The notes: generated by a model from the letters alone, not told the origin. Numbered from the stretch's first letter, positions 9,484 through 19,059 are shown. The stretch is DNA of 45,719 bases from a virus (IMGVR_UViG_3300031519_004485:1-45719); one strand, 5' to 3'. Numbers and translations are program-made.

Positions 9484-11532
9484 ATGAAAAGTATTAGAGA
9501 ATTATTAACTGTAGTAGATGCATACGGGCAAACATTAAGTGAAGGCCCTGTATATGACATGCTAATTAAAAATGGTGCAACACCAGCTAACGCTAAAGCA
9601 ATGGCACAGGCGCAAGGCGAAACTGATCTTGATGATGCACAAGATACAAACTTAAAAAGTATAATAACAGATTTAATATCACCTATTGAGCCAAGACCTA
9701 CCGGAAGCGGCGTTATAGGTGACTATGGTAGAAATGATTGGGATACAAAATACGGGGAAACACATAATGCAGATGGTACTCCTAAAGTAGTAGTCGATGA
9801 CGGTGGAAATATTGAACGTATGGATCTTAGACCCGGCGATAAGGGTTACGATGCTATGCAAACTTTTATAAACAACCTAGATTCTGGGTCACAAAAACCC
9901 CCGCGTATAATCACACCACAGGTGCAACAACGTTTAGATGATCTTGGTATTGATAAAGGTATAATCGGCGAACCACTAACAGCAGATGATATTGCTGCAT
10001 TAGATGCAGATAGTACTGGTCCAGATGATGGAACCAGAGGTGGTCAAGAACCAAACCGTCCAACAGATACAGATAGTACTGGTCCAGATGATGGAACTAG
10101 AGGTGGTCAAGAACCAAACCGTCCAGGAGATGCTGAACTTGATGCTTTTTTATCTAAAAATAATCCTAATACAACTTTTGATTCTTATACCGATGCATAT
10201 AACGCAGATAATTTAAAAGACGGCGACATAATTACTATTGACGGTATAGAGGCTGAAGTTAGAGACGCTAAAGATGGAGATCAACAATTTTTTGTACATC
10301 CGGGCACTAACACAGTATATGATCAACCAAAACCACCAGCACCACAAGACGAACTTGCCGCAACTGACACAGCACAAACAGCAACAAAAACAGTAGCCCC
10401 AGGCACAGGAGCAGGTGGACCTGCAGGTGGAGCAAAAGCACCAGTAGATACACCACCAGAAGCACAACAATCAGCAGGGCCAGATGATGGAACCAGAGGT
10501 GGTCAAGAACCAAACCGCGAACCAGCAGCACCTAGCAACGGTTCATTACTAGGACGTAAATTAGATACTGCAACACCAAATTTAATGACAGCATATAATC
10601 AAGGTGGCAAACAAGCAATGCCTGCAATTAGAAATATGCAAACTGCACTATCACGTTTAGGTTTTGACCCAAATGGTATTGATGGTAAGTACGGCAATGG
10701 TACATTCAAAGCTGTACAGGCATTTCAAAAAGCAAACGGATTAGCAGTAGACGGACAAGCTGGACCAAATACAACGGCTGCAATTAAAAAGGCACTCGAT
10801 GATAAATTTGAGAAGAATAAAGTTACTCCGGCAGATAGCGCACAAGCTGCTCAACCTAGAAGTAACGCAAGTGATGATCCAGCAGAAACAGGAAGTACTG
10901 GAGCACAACCAAAAACTAAACCAAATTCAGCAGTTAATACAACAGGTAAAGCGCCGACAACTCAACTCGCAAGTAAGGATAATAACATGAATAAAAACAA
11001 AATAAATGAAGCATCTATGAACATTTCAATGAATGGCCAAAATGCACAAGAAATATCAGACCTAATGCGTATGATGCAACTAGCAGGAGCAAAAGAAGCT
11101 ACTCCTGTTTCTGCTTTACATAAAGGTCCAGTAGACGGCCATGATGATATGGTTAGTTTAATGCAAATCGCAAATGACGAACATGAAGGACACGACGATA
11201 GTCCATGTGGGATGGGCGAAGAAGGCGTAGAAGAAGAGTGGAACAATTCACCTAATGAAGAATACGGTGATTTGAGTGACGCTATACCTGCAGGTAACGA
11301 TATGCATAAAAAGAAAAAAGCATATGCTGCTACACAGCCAGGCGACAACGCAATGGCAGTTGAAACTTCAATCAAAGAAGCACTTTGGGCTGCACTAAGC
11401 GAAAAGCAAACTACTGAGGGCAGAGGACGCGGTAAGAAGATGAAGTTAAAAGCATCACGCGGCAACGAAGACACTAAAACAACTGAGGGCTCTAGAGGTA
11501 AAAAGAGTCGTGGTAAGAAGTCAAGAGGTTAA
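9484..11532 (+). CDS. Low-complexity probable virion protein with peptidoglycan-binding (PG_binding_1) domain
   Basis: IRNMQTALSRLGFDPNGIDGKYGNGTFKAVQAFQKANGLAVDGQAGPNT at ~10627-10790 is a typical PGBD; internal repeats; basic C-terminal tail. Confidence 0.8.
   Translation: MKSIRELLTVVDAYGQTLSEGPVYDMLIKNGATPANAKAMAQAQGETDLDDAQDTNLKSIITDLISPIEPRPTGSGVIGDYGRNDWDTKYGETHNADGTPKVVVDDGGNIERMDLRPGDKGYDAMQTFINNLDSGSQKPPRIITPQVQQRLDDLGIDKGIIGEPLTADDIAALDADSTGPDDGTRGGQEPNRPTDTDSTGPDDGTRGGQEPNRPGDAELDAFLSKNNPNTTFDSYTDAYNADNLKDGDIITIDGIEAEVRDAKDGDQQFFVHPGTNTVYDQPKPPAPQDELAATDTAQTATKTVAPGTGAGGPAGGAKAPVDTPPEAQQSAGPDDGTRGGQEPNREPAAPSNGSLLGRKLDTATPNLMTAYNQGGKQAMPAIRNMQTALSRLGFDPNGIDGKYGNGTFKAVQAFQKANGLAVDGQAGPNTTAAIKKALDDKFEKNKVTPADSAQAAQPRSNASDDPAETGSTGAQPKTKPNSAVNTTGKAPTTQLASKDNNMNKNKINEASMNISMNGQNAQEISDLMRMMQLAGAKEATPVSALHKGPVDGHDDMVSLMQIANDEHEGHDDSPCGMGEEGVEEEWNNSPNEEYGDLSDAIPAGNDMHKKKKAYAATQPGDNAMAVETSIKEALWAALSEKQTTEGRGRGKKMKLKASRGNEDTKTTEGSRGKKSRGKKSRG
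10007..10517 (+). repeat. Intragenic repeat encoding GPDDGTRGGQEPNR, 3 copies
   Basis: Near-identical copies at 10007-10062 and 10070-10125 (63-nt period) plus a shorter copy at 10477-10517. Confidence 0.95.
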
Positions 11533-11860
11533 TTGGGAAGAATATTTCCAACACATTAAACCAGTTTGTCCTTGGAGTGGCGCAGCTCACAAAAAGGGCG
11601 AAATAAAAATAATACAATGGTCTGGAGAGATTGAGCCGCTAGGCAACAACCAGGCCATTGTTTATATTTGTCCCAAACTTAATCGTAGAAGATTAAAAAA
11701 ATTACACAAAAAAATTGATAACGGCACATATGAATGGCTATGGAGCGAACCTACAAATGGTCCAAATGCAGCTCCTGTACCAGTATTAATACAGCAAGAC
11801 AAACGTAAGTTATTTGACCTGAGATTCGATACCGGTTACTATGACGACATTATAGGTTAA
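11510..11860 (+). CDS. Hypothetical protein (116 aa) with VCPW motif
   Basis: Fills the gap before the terminase; start codon uncertain. Confidence 0.65.
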   Translation: MVRSQEVNWEEYFQHIKPVCPWSGAAHKKGEIKIIQWSGEIEPLGNNQAIVYICPKLNRRRLKKLHKKIDNGTYEWLWSEPTNGPNAAPVPVLIQQDKRKLFDLRFDTGYYDDIIG

Positions 11861-11868
11861 ATAGTATT

Positions 11869-13449
11869 ATGGCAGCATCACTAGACGGCGTCTTAATTAA
11901 GAAGGCAAATAGAAAAGAAACATACACTGAATCACAGATGGCAGATTTACTTGCCTGCATGGATACTTCAGAAGGATATTTATACTTTGCTAAAAACTTT
12001 GCTTACATCCAGCATCCTGTACAAGGTAAACTGTTGTACGATCCTTACGAGTATCAACTAGGGTTAATGGATAGTTATCACAACTATCGCTTTAATATTA
12101 ATATGATGCCTAGACAAACAGGTAAAACTACCTGTGCTAGTATCTATCTAGCATGGTATGCAATGTTTGTACCGGATCAAACTATTCTAGTTGCTGCACA
12201 CAAATATACAGGCGCACAAGAGATTATGTCACGCATACGCTTTGTGTATGAAAGTTGTCCTGATCATATACGTGCAGGTGTTACAAGTTATAACAAACAA
12301 TCAATCGAATTTGAAAATGGTTCACGTATTGTTGCACAAACAACAACAGGCAACACAGGACGTGGTATGTCCATATCATTGCTATACTGTGATGAGTTTG
12401 CATTTGTGCAGCCTAATATTGCAGAAGAGTTTTGGACTTCGATATCTCCTACACTAGCAACTGGTGGCCGTGCTATTATTACAAGCACACCAAACTCGGA
12501 TGAAGATACCTTTGCAACCATTTGGAAACAAGCAGAAAATAAGTTTGACGAACACGGCAACGAAAATGCACTAGGTTCAAACGGTTTCCATAGCTTTATA
12601 TCACATTGGAGTGAACATCCAGATCGCGACGAAGCCTGGAAAGTAGAAGAAGTTGGCCGTATTGGCGAAGAGAAGTTCCGTCGCGAGTACGGTTGTGAAT
12701 TCCTTGTATTTGACGAAACACTAATTAATAGTTTAAAACTTGCTGCAATGGAAGGTGTATCACCAATACTTAATATGGGACAAACACGCTGGTACAAGAA
12801 ACCTAGTCCTAGTTACACGTATGCAGTAGCACTTGACCCTAGTATGGGCACAGGTGGCGATAATGCAGCAATACAAGTATTTGAACTACCTAGTTACGAA
12901 CAAGTTGCTGAATGGCAACATAATACAACTGCTATTCCTGGGCAAATAAGAGTACTAGCAGACATATGCACTTACTTACAACAACAAACTAATAATCCAA
13001 ATGGTATATATTGGAGTGTAGAAAACAACGGTATTGGCGAAGCATGTTTACTAGTTATTAATGACTTTGGTGAAGAAAATATACCAGGACTATTTGTAAG
13101 CGAGCCTATGCGCAAAGGACATGTGAGGAAGTTCCGCAAAGGATTTAACACTACACATGGCACTAAGATTACAGCATGTAGTAGACTTAAAACAATGATA
13201 GAAAATGATAAGATGAAGCTTAAAAGCAAGCCGCTTATTAGTGAGCTTAAAGGATTTGTAGCAACAGGTTCAAGCTTCCAAGCAAAGTCAGGCATGGGAG
13301 ACGACTTAGTAAGTGCAACATTACTTGCACTTAGGATGATGGCAGTACTTAAAGACTGGGACCCAAGAGTGTATAATACATTTACCCAGGCAGAAGATAT
13401 AGAAGATTACGAAGCACCCATGCCAATCTTCATTAGCGGTAACTATTGA
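11869..13449 (+). CDS. terL: Terminase large subunit (T4 gp17-like)
   Basis: PRQTGKTT Walker A, LLYCDEFAF Walker B, ITSTPN, FRREYGCEF, ALDPS nuclease motif, VENNGIG, DDLV. Confidence 0.97.
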   Translation: MAASLDGVLIKKANRKETYTESQMADLLACMDTSEGYLYFAKNFAYIQHPVQGKLLYDPYEYQLGLMDSYHNYRFNINMMPRQTGKTTCASIYLAWYAMFVPDQTILVAAHKYTGAQEIMSRIRFVYESCPDHIRAGVTSYNKQSIEFENGSRIVAQTTTGNTGRGMSISLLYCDEFAFVQPNIAEEFWTSISPTLATGGRAIITSTPNSDEDTFATIWKQAENKFDEHGNENALGSNGFHSFISHWSEHPDRDEAWKVEEVGRIGEEKFRREYGCEFLVFDETLINSLKLAAMEGVSPILNMGQTRWYKKPSPSYTYAVALDPSMGTGGDNAAIQVFELPSYEQVAEWQHNTTAIPGQIRVLADICTYLQQQTNNPNGIYWSVENNGIGEACLLVINDFGEENIPGLFVSEPMRKGHVRKFRKGFNTTHGTKITACSRLKTMIENDKMKLKSKPLISELKGFVATGSSFQAKSGMGDDLVSATLLALRMMAVLKDWDPRVYNTFTQAEDIEDYEAPMPIFISGNY

Positions 13450-13462
13450 TAAATATATTATA

Positions 13463-16063
13463 ATGAGAAACTTAAATCTAATAGCAGAAGAACTTTTTAA
13501 CAAAATACGAGGACGCTTTCCAAGTGTAACAATCGGCGACAGCAACGGAAAGGTTACTAACAAACCTGACCTAGCACGATTCTACGACTTTGATTATACT
13601 GAAGGCGATGCAAAATTAGGCCGAGTTAGTGTCACAATAGATGAAGAATCAGTTGAGGTTATGTATTCAAATGACTTTGTTGCAAACGAAGATACTATTA
13701 CTAGGAACAATTGGTATAGCTTTTTAAAGGAATTAAGAGCGTTTAGTAAAAAACGTCTTCTTAAGTTTGATACAAGAAATATAAATAAATCAAATTTAGA
13801 TCAAAGAGATTACAAATTTTTAGCCACAAATCGCACCGGAGATGGAACTATGACAGAATCAAAAATGTACGGCACTAGTAAAACTAGTTACCAAAACGTT
13901 GGAGAGGCACGAATTGCAATTAAGCATAATAAGCCTGTAAATACAGAATCTGCTTCAGGCAGAATTCAAAATATTAGCGCAATTTATATTGAAAGCGCAG
14001 ATGGCGAAAGATTTAAATATCCTTTCAAACATGTTAATGGTGCAAGAGCAATGGCCCGTCACGTATCAGAAGGCGGCAAGCCATTTGATGAATTTGGCAC
14101 ACACGTAGCTAGCTTATCAGAAGAATTAGTAAATCTTAAAAGATTTAAATCTTATGTTAATCGTTCAAGTGTAATGGCAGAAGGTTTAAGTGGTTATAAA
14201 CTAGCAGTCAATGAACGTGTTGAAGAACTAAAGAAGACTATTACATCTTTACAAAAAGAGAATTTTTATAAAACAACATTTGAAAATTTTGTAAAGCCAA
14301 TATTTGAAGACATTCCGGAAGATGTTGCAGAAAATTGGATTGATCAATTAACTATCCGTCAATTTAACGAAGAGTTAAAAGATGTATTTCCCTTTGTATA
14401 TCGCTTAGTAAGTGAAGCAACTAAAGCAACTGTAGTTACAGCATCTGATTTATTAGGCGAAAGTGATATAGATGACGAGTTAAGTGAAGAGCAACCAGCA
14501 GAATCATACGTTGTTAAATCAGGCGATACTATTTGGTCAATTGCTGACAGGTTTTCTAACAGTAACTATATGGGAGACACTAAAGCTGGCGCAAAAGATA
14601 TTCTAGAACTAAACGGCATTACTGATCCAAGATCATTACAGCCAGGACAGAAATTAGAAATTGGTTACGTTATGGGAACAGGTCCAGATGGCGGTACACG
14701 CGGTCTTCCACCAGGTGGATTTAAAAGCTACGAAGCACAAATAGAAGATAGTTTTGAAGACATGATGGGTCAATTTGCAGAAGCTAAAGAAGAAACAAAG
14801 GTATGTAAAGACTGCGGCGACACCTTTAATAAGCCTACTACAGATTGTAAGCACGACTCACATGACCCAAAAGGCAGTCATTGGGTAGATGCAAACAACA
14901 ACGGTATTGGAGATCTTGACGAAAGCGAAGATGATGACGATACTATGGACGTTAAAATAGACAAAAACGGCAATCTAAGTAAAGACAATGGCCAGGATGG
15001 AAAAGAACAAAAGATTCCAGTAAGTGAATTTATTCTTAGCATGTTTGATCGCGAAAGCGGACAGTTTCCAAAAGGTGAAACAGCAGTACTAACAGCAATA
15101 GAAAAAGATTACGGTGAGCAATATATTAATCCTGGCAAAGCATTTATTGAAGCAATTACTGCAAAGTTTGAAGAATTAAATGTAGCAAGCGATCCAATGA
15201 TTGACGAAGACGGCATTTTGTCAGAACGTCCGTTTACTAGTTGGGAAGAAGCAATGAAATTTGCAGGAGACTTTAAACAAGGTACTGAAGTTGACATTGC
15301 CGGAAGAAAGCATGAGCTAACGACTATGCGCGGCGGTGAGGGTCCAATATGGCTACCAGTAAGTCCAACGGGAAGAGATATCCAGGTTGCACACGAACGG
15401 CTGGCCGCAATGAAAAAGGCTGCCAATGGCGGCGGCGTTTTAGATAAAATTAAAAAGTTTGCCGGGCTTGGTGAAGAACCACAAGGTACTGTAATGGAAC
15501 CAACTGTTGAACAAGACGATGATTTAAGCGAAGATTTATCACAGAACTATGAAAACGATGCTGAAGCAATCAAAGCATTAACGGCAGCGTCGGGTCATTC
15601 ACCAGAAGAACATTCATATCTAAAAATGCTTGCTTATAAGTACGACTTTTACGGTAAGCCAGAAAACATTGGCACTGCAATAGCAAAAGCTGAAAAAGCC
15701 GCAGCTGACGATGAAGCTGCATATATGGCAAGTAACAGAGGCAATGTTGGTGATCCAGGCGAAACGCCTTCAACACCAGATGCACCTGCAAACTTTCCGA
15801 GCATAGAAGCAGCAATGCAAAAAGTAATGTATTACGAACCGGGTGAAAAAGCTAATATTGGCGGTCAACTACATGTTAGAGATGTAAAAGATGGTAAGAA
15901 GATATGGCGCCCTGTTAAAGCAGCACCTGTTAAAGCAGCACCTGCTAAAGCAGCACCTGCTAAAGCAGCACCGGCAAATCCAGATGCAACAGATCCACGT
16001 GGCAGAGATCAACGAGGCGAGTCACAAGAACAAGTAGATATTAAGAGATTAGCAGGGCTATAA
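13463..16063 (+). CDS. Large acidic probable virion protein with LysM domain
   Basis: YVVKSGDTIWSIA...ILELNGITDPRSLQPGQKLEI at ~14507-14663 is a LysM; CKDC...CKH motif; ends IKRLAGL; TAAATA at 13450-13455. Confidence 0.8.
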   Translation: MRNLNLIAEELFNKIRGRFPSVTIGDSNGKVTNKPDLARFYDFDYTEGDAKLGRVSVTIDEESVEVMYSNDFVANEDTITRNNWYSFLKELRAFSKKRLLKFDTRNINKSNLDQRDYKFLATNRTGDGTMTESKMYGTSKTSYQNVGEARIAIKHNKPVNTESASGRIQNISAIYIESADGERFKYPFKHVNGARAMARHVSEGGKPFDEFGTHVASLSEELVNLKRFKSYVNRSSVMAEGLSGYKLAVNERVEELKKTITSLQKENFYKTTFENFVKPIFEDIPEDVAENWIDQLTIRQFNEELKDVFPFVYRLVSEATKATVVTASDLLGESDIDDELSEEQPAESYVVKSGDTIWSIADRFSNSNYMGDTKAGAKDILELNGITDPRSLQPGQKLEIGYVMGTGPDGGTRGLPPGGFKSYEAQIEDSFEDMMGQFAEAKEETKVCKDCGDTFNKPTTDCKHDSHDPKGSHWVDANNNGIGDLDESEDDDDTMDVKIDKNGNLSKDNGQDGKEQKIPVSEFILSMFDRESGQFPKGETAVLTAIEKDYGEQYINPGKAFIEAITAKFEELNVASDPMIDEDGILSERPFTSWEEAMKFAGDFKQGTEVDIAGRKHELTTMRGGEGPIWLPVSPTGRDIQVAHERLAAMKKAANGGGVLDKIKKFAGLGEEPQGTVMEPTVEQDDDLSEDLSQNYENDAEAIKALTAASGHSPEEHSYLKMLAYKYDFYGKPENIGTAIAKAEKAAADDEAAYMASNRGNVGDPGETPSTPDAPANFPSIEAAMQKVMYYEPGEKANIGGQLHVRDVKDGKKIWRPVKAAPVKAAPAKAAPAKAAPANPDATDPRGRDQRGESQEQVDIKRLAGL
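15911..15970 (+). repeat. 15-bp tandem repeat x4 encoding P(V/A)KAA
   Basis: CCTG(T/C)TAAAGCAGCA x4. Confidence 0.95.
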
Positions 16064-16095
16064 TAGTCCTGTTATAAGTTTTTATGTTTTTTCTT
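16051..16095 (+). terminator. Hairpin over stop codon followed by T-rich tract
   Basis: AGCAGGGCTA-TAA-TAGTCCTGTT then T runs. Confidence 0.6.
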
Positions 16096-16105
16096 TAAAA
16101 AAAAC

Positions 16106-16133
16106 TTGACAAAGTTTGTAGAGGTGTTATAAT
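16106..16133 (+). promoter_or_regulatory. Sigma70-consensus promoter for gp32
   Basis: TTGACA (16106-16111), 16 nt, extended TGnTATAAT (16125-16133); upstream A tract. Confidence 0.85.
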
Positions 16134-16222
16134 AATAACTGTGCTACAAACTAAACAGGCACAAGAAGTAACGTAGCAATGTAGCTACAAATATCATAGG
16201 CACTATTAGGAGGCATTAAACT

Positions 16223-17215
16223 ATGGCATCATTAGCAGAAATCCGAGCGAAGCTCAAAGAACAAGAGTCAAAAGCAGGCGGAAACCGAGGACCACAAGGT
16301 CCAAACCCAATTTACCCATTTTGGAATATCAAAGAAGGCGAATCAGCAACGATGCGTTTCTTACCTGATGGCGATCAAGACAACACTTTCTTTTGGAAAG
16401 AACGTTTAATGATCAAACTACCTTTTGCAGGCATCAAAGGTGAAACTGATTCACGTCCGGTACAGGTACAAGTACCGTGTATGGAAATGTATGGCGATAG
16501 CTGTTCAATCCTACAAGAAGTACGTGGTTGGTTTAAAGACGCAAGTCTTGAAGACATGGGTCGTAAATATTGGAAAAAGCGTTCATACATTTTCCAAGGG
16601 TTTGTAACAGATAACCCACTAACAGATGATCAAGCACCGGAAAATCCAGTACGTAGATTCATTATTGGCCCGCAGATCTTTCAGATCATTAAGGCAGCAT
16701 TAATGGATCCAGACATGGAAGAATTGCCAACAGATTATACTGCTGGTGTAGACTTCCGTCTTAACAAAACATCTAAAGGTGGTTATGCAGACTACGGCAC
16801 AAGTAATTGGGCACGTAGAGATCGTCCACTAGGTGATGCGGAGATGGCAGCAGTTAACACACACGGCTTGTTTAATCTAAATGACTTCCTTCCTAAGAAG
16901 CCAGGTGCAATAGAGATTAAAGTAATGCAAGAAATGTTTGAAGCGTCAGTAGATGGTGAAGCATACGATCCAGATCGTTGGTCACAATACTTCCGTCCAG
17001 CAGGCATGCAAGCACGTACAGGTGATCCAACTAAAGAAGCAAGCGCAGGCGCAACTGCTGTTAGTCAAAGTGCTCCAGTAGCAACGGCAGCAGCACCAGT
17101 AGCAGCACCGTTTGAGGCAGATGTTAAAGTAGCAGAAGCGGCTATTGCAGCGCCTGCTGACGGTGGCGGCAACGCACAGGACATTCTAGCAATGATCCGT
17201 TCACGTCAAGGTTAA
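16223..17215 (+). CDS. Single-stranded DNA-binding protein (T4 gp32-like)
   Basis: MRFLP, YWKKRSY, DFRLNK..KGGYADY..S motifs; flexible tail; AGGAGG RBS; upstream of uvsX. Confidence 0.9.
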   Translation: MASLAEIRAKLKEQESKAGGNRGPQGPNPIYPFWNIKEGESATMRFLPDGDQDNTFFWKERLMIKLPFAGIKGETDSRPVQVQVPCMEMYGDSCSILQEVRGWFKDASLEDMGRKYWKKRSYIFQGFVTDNPLTDDQAPENPVRRFIIGPQIFQIIKAALMDPDMEELPTDYTAGVDFRLNKTSKGGYADYGTSNWARRDRPLGDAEMAAVNTHGLFNLNDFLPKKPGAIEIKVMQEMFEASVDGEAYDPDRWSQYFRPAGMQARTGDPTKEASAGATAVSQSAPVATAAAPVAAPFEADVKVAEAAIAAPADGGGNAQDILAMIRSRQG

Positions 17216-17226
17216 TTAACCTGCAT

Positions 17227-17254
17227 AGTAAGGGGCTAAGGTCCCTTACTTCTT
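17227..17254 (+). terminator. Hairpin/terminator after gp32
   Basis: AGTAAGGGGC-TAAG-GTCCCTTACT then TCTT. Confidence 0.7.
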
Positions 17255-17276
17255 AACAGCTTTTTAGGAGAATTTA

Positions 17277-18365
17277 ATGGCTAAGTCATTTGATGTTAGT
17301 AAGTTCCGCAAGGACTTGACTAAAAGTATCTCAGGCATGAGTACTGGATTTAACGATCCTACTGATTGGATTTCAACAGGATCATATGCACTAAACTATC
17401 TTATCTCAGGAGACTTTCACAAAGGTGTTCCGCTAGGTAAGGTTACTGTGTTTGCAGGTGAATCAGGAGCAGGTAAGAGTTATTTCTGCGCTGGCAACAT
17501 TGTAAAACACGCACAAGACCAAGACATTTTTGTAGTATTAATTGACACAGAAAATGCGCTTGACGAAAGCTGGCTACAAGCTCTACAAGTAGACACAAGT
17601 CCAGAGAAGTTACTTAAACTTAATATGAGTATGATTGACGATGTGGCAAAAACTATCTCAACATTTGTTAACGACTATCGTTCTTTAGACGAAGATGATC
17701 GTCCTAAGGTATTGTTTGTAGTCGATTCGTTGGGTATGTTACTAACACCTACTGACGTTGATCAGTTTAACAAGGGTGATATGAAAGGTGATATGGGTCG
17801 TAAGCCTAAAGCACTAACTTCATTAGTCCGTAATACTGTTAACATGATTGGCTCATTGAATGTAGGCTTAGTATGTACTAACCACACTTATGCATCACAG
17901 GATATGTTTGATCCAGATGATAAGATCAGCGGCGGTGCAGGCTTTATCTATGCATCAAGTATTGTTGTTGCAATGAAAAAGATGAAGTTGAAAGAAGACG
18001 AAGACGGCAATAAGATCTCAGAAGTTATGGGCATCCGTGCTGGTTGTAAAGTAATGAAGACACGCTATGCAAAACCTTTCGAAGGTGTGCAGGTTAAGAT
18101 TCCTTATGAAACCGGTATGAACCCATACAGTGGTCTTGTTGAATTGTTTGAGAAGAAGAACTTGTTAGTTAAGCAAGGCAATCGACTCAAGTATATTAAC
18201 CTAGCAGGTGAAGAAGTTCTTGAATATCGTAAAGCATGGATGATTGGTGGTAAACTTGATCAGATCATGATGGAATATAACGAGAAGATGAAGCCTGTGG
18301 TAAATACCGCTGAAGCTGATTTAGTTGATGCCGATTTAATTGACGAAAACATGGTTGAGGAATAA
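17277..18365 (+). CDS. uvsX: RecA-like recombinase UvsX
   Basis: ISTGSYALN, GESGAGKS Walker A, IDTENA, VVDSLG, NHTY, SGG..FIYASS, KTRYAKPF. Confidence 0.95.
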   Translation: MAKSFDVSKFRKDLTKSISGMSTGFNDPTDWISTGSYALNYLISGDFHKGVPLGKVTVFAGESGAGKSYFCAGNIVKHAQDQDIFVVLIDTENALDESWLQALQVDTSPEKLLKLNMSMIDDVAKTISTFVNDYRSLDEDDRPKVLFVVDSLGMLLTPTDVDQFNKGDMKGDMGRKPKALTSLVRNTVNMIGSLNVGLVCTNHTYASQDMFDPDDKISGGAGFIYASSIVVAMKKMKLKEDEDGNKISEVMGIRAGCKVMKTRYAKPFEGVQVKIPYETGMNPYSGLVELFEKKNLLVKQGNRLKYINLAGEEVLEYRKAWMIGGKLDQIMMEYNEKMKPVVNTAEADLVDADLIDENMVEE

Positions 18366-18370
18366 GAATA

Positions 18371-18604
18371 ATGGACGAGAGCCACATTGTAGATATTTGG
18401 ACTTTATTTAAAGAGTATGTTGACAAAAAACATATAGAAATGGCAGCTGAACGCTACATAGATCTATTGGCAGATTACGGTATTGCAGACGATACCCTAA
18501 TTGCGTCTGTAGGATCAGATGTCATTCTTGATCATGCAATTAACTATTATCTAGACTTTGATGAAGAAGATGTCTTGGATGAAGAAACTGAATGGGATGA
18601 ATAA
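18371..18604 (+). CDS. Small acidic hypothetical protein (77 aa)
   Basis: GAGGA RBS; between uvsX and uvsY; very D/E-rich C-terminus. Confidence 0.75.
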   Translation: MDESHIVDIWTLFKEYVDKKHIEMAAERYIDLLADYGIADDTLIASVGSDVILDHAINYYLDFDEEDVLDEETEWDE

Positions 18605-19059
18605 TGGGATGGTATAGTGAAGTATCACGAGACATATCTAAGATACCTTCAGCTGTGCAGTTCTTTGAAGGCGAGTTAATACAAGGACGTTTAGATGTAA
18701 AGCTCAAAGGCAATGTTGAACGTGCCGCGGCAGAAATGCCCGGTATCGTTGAACAACGCTTTAATCAACTTCAAGAAATTGAAGCAATCCTTAACTACTT
18801 AAACATCGAGCTGCGTAGATTGCGCAGCTCGTACTTTAAGAAATACCTCGAAAACTATCAACGAGCTCTGTCTAGTCGTGACGTTGAAAAATACGTAGAC
18901 GGCGAGGCAGATGTTGTTGACTACGAAAAGATTATCAATGAGTTTGCACTAATGCGCAACAAGTGGTTAGGACTCTTAAAAGGCCTTGATCAAAAGCAAT
19001 GGCAGATAACTAATGTTGTAAAGCTAAGAGTGGCCGGGATGGAAGATGCAACACTTTAA
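18604..19059 (+). CDS. uvsY: Recombination mediator UvsY
   Basis: Helical protein with DVEKYVDGEAD and KGLDQKQWQITN pattern; near uvsX. Confidence 0.8.
   Translation: MGWYSEVSRDISKIPSAVQFFEGELIQGRLDVKLKGNVERAAAEMPGIVEQRFNQLQEIEAILNYLNIELRRLRSSYFKKYLENYQRALSSRDVEKYVDGEADVVDYEKIINEFALMRNKWLGLLKGLDQKQWQITNVVKLRVAGMEDATL

Noticed and set aside
10007-10517. Repeats resembling a CRISPR array
   Set aside because: In frame within a long CDS, about 56 nt long, irregularly spaced, without spacer-sized unique sequences or cas genes
11869-13449. Intein or intron in terminase (also checked uvsX, uvsW, primase, helicase)
   Set aside because: Lengths are normal and motifs are continuous
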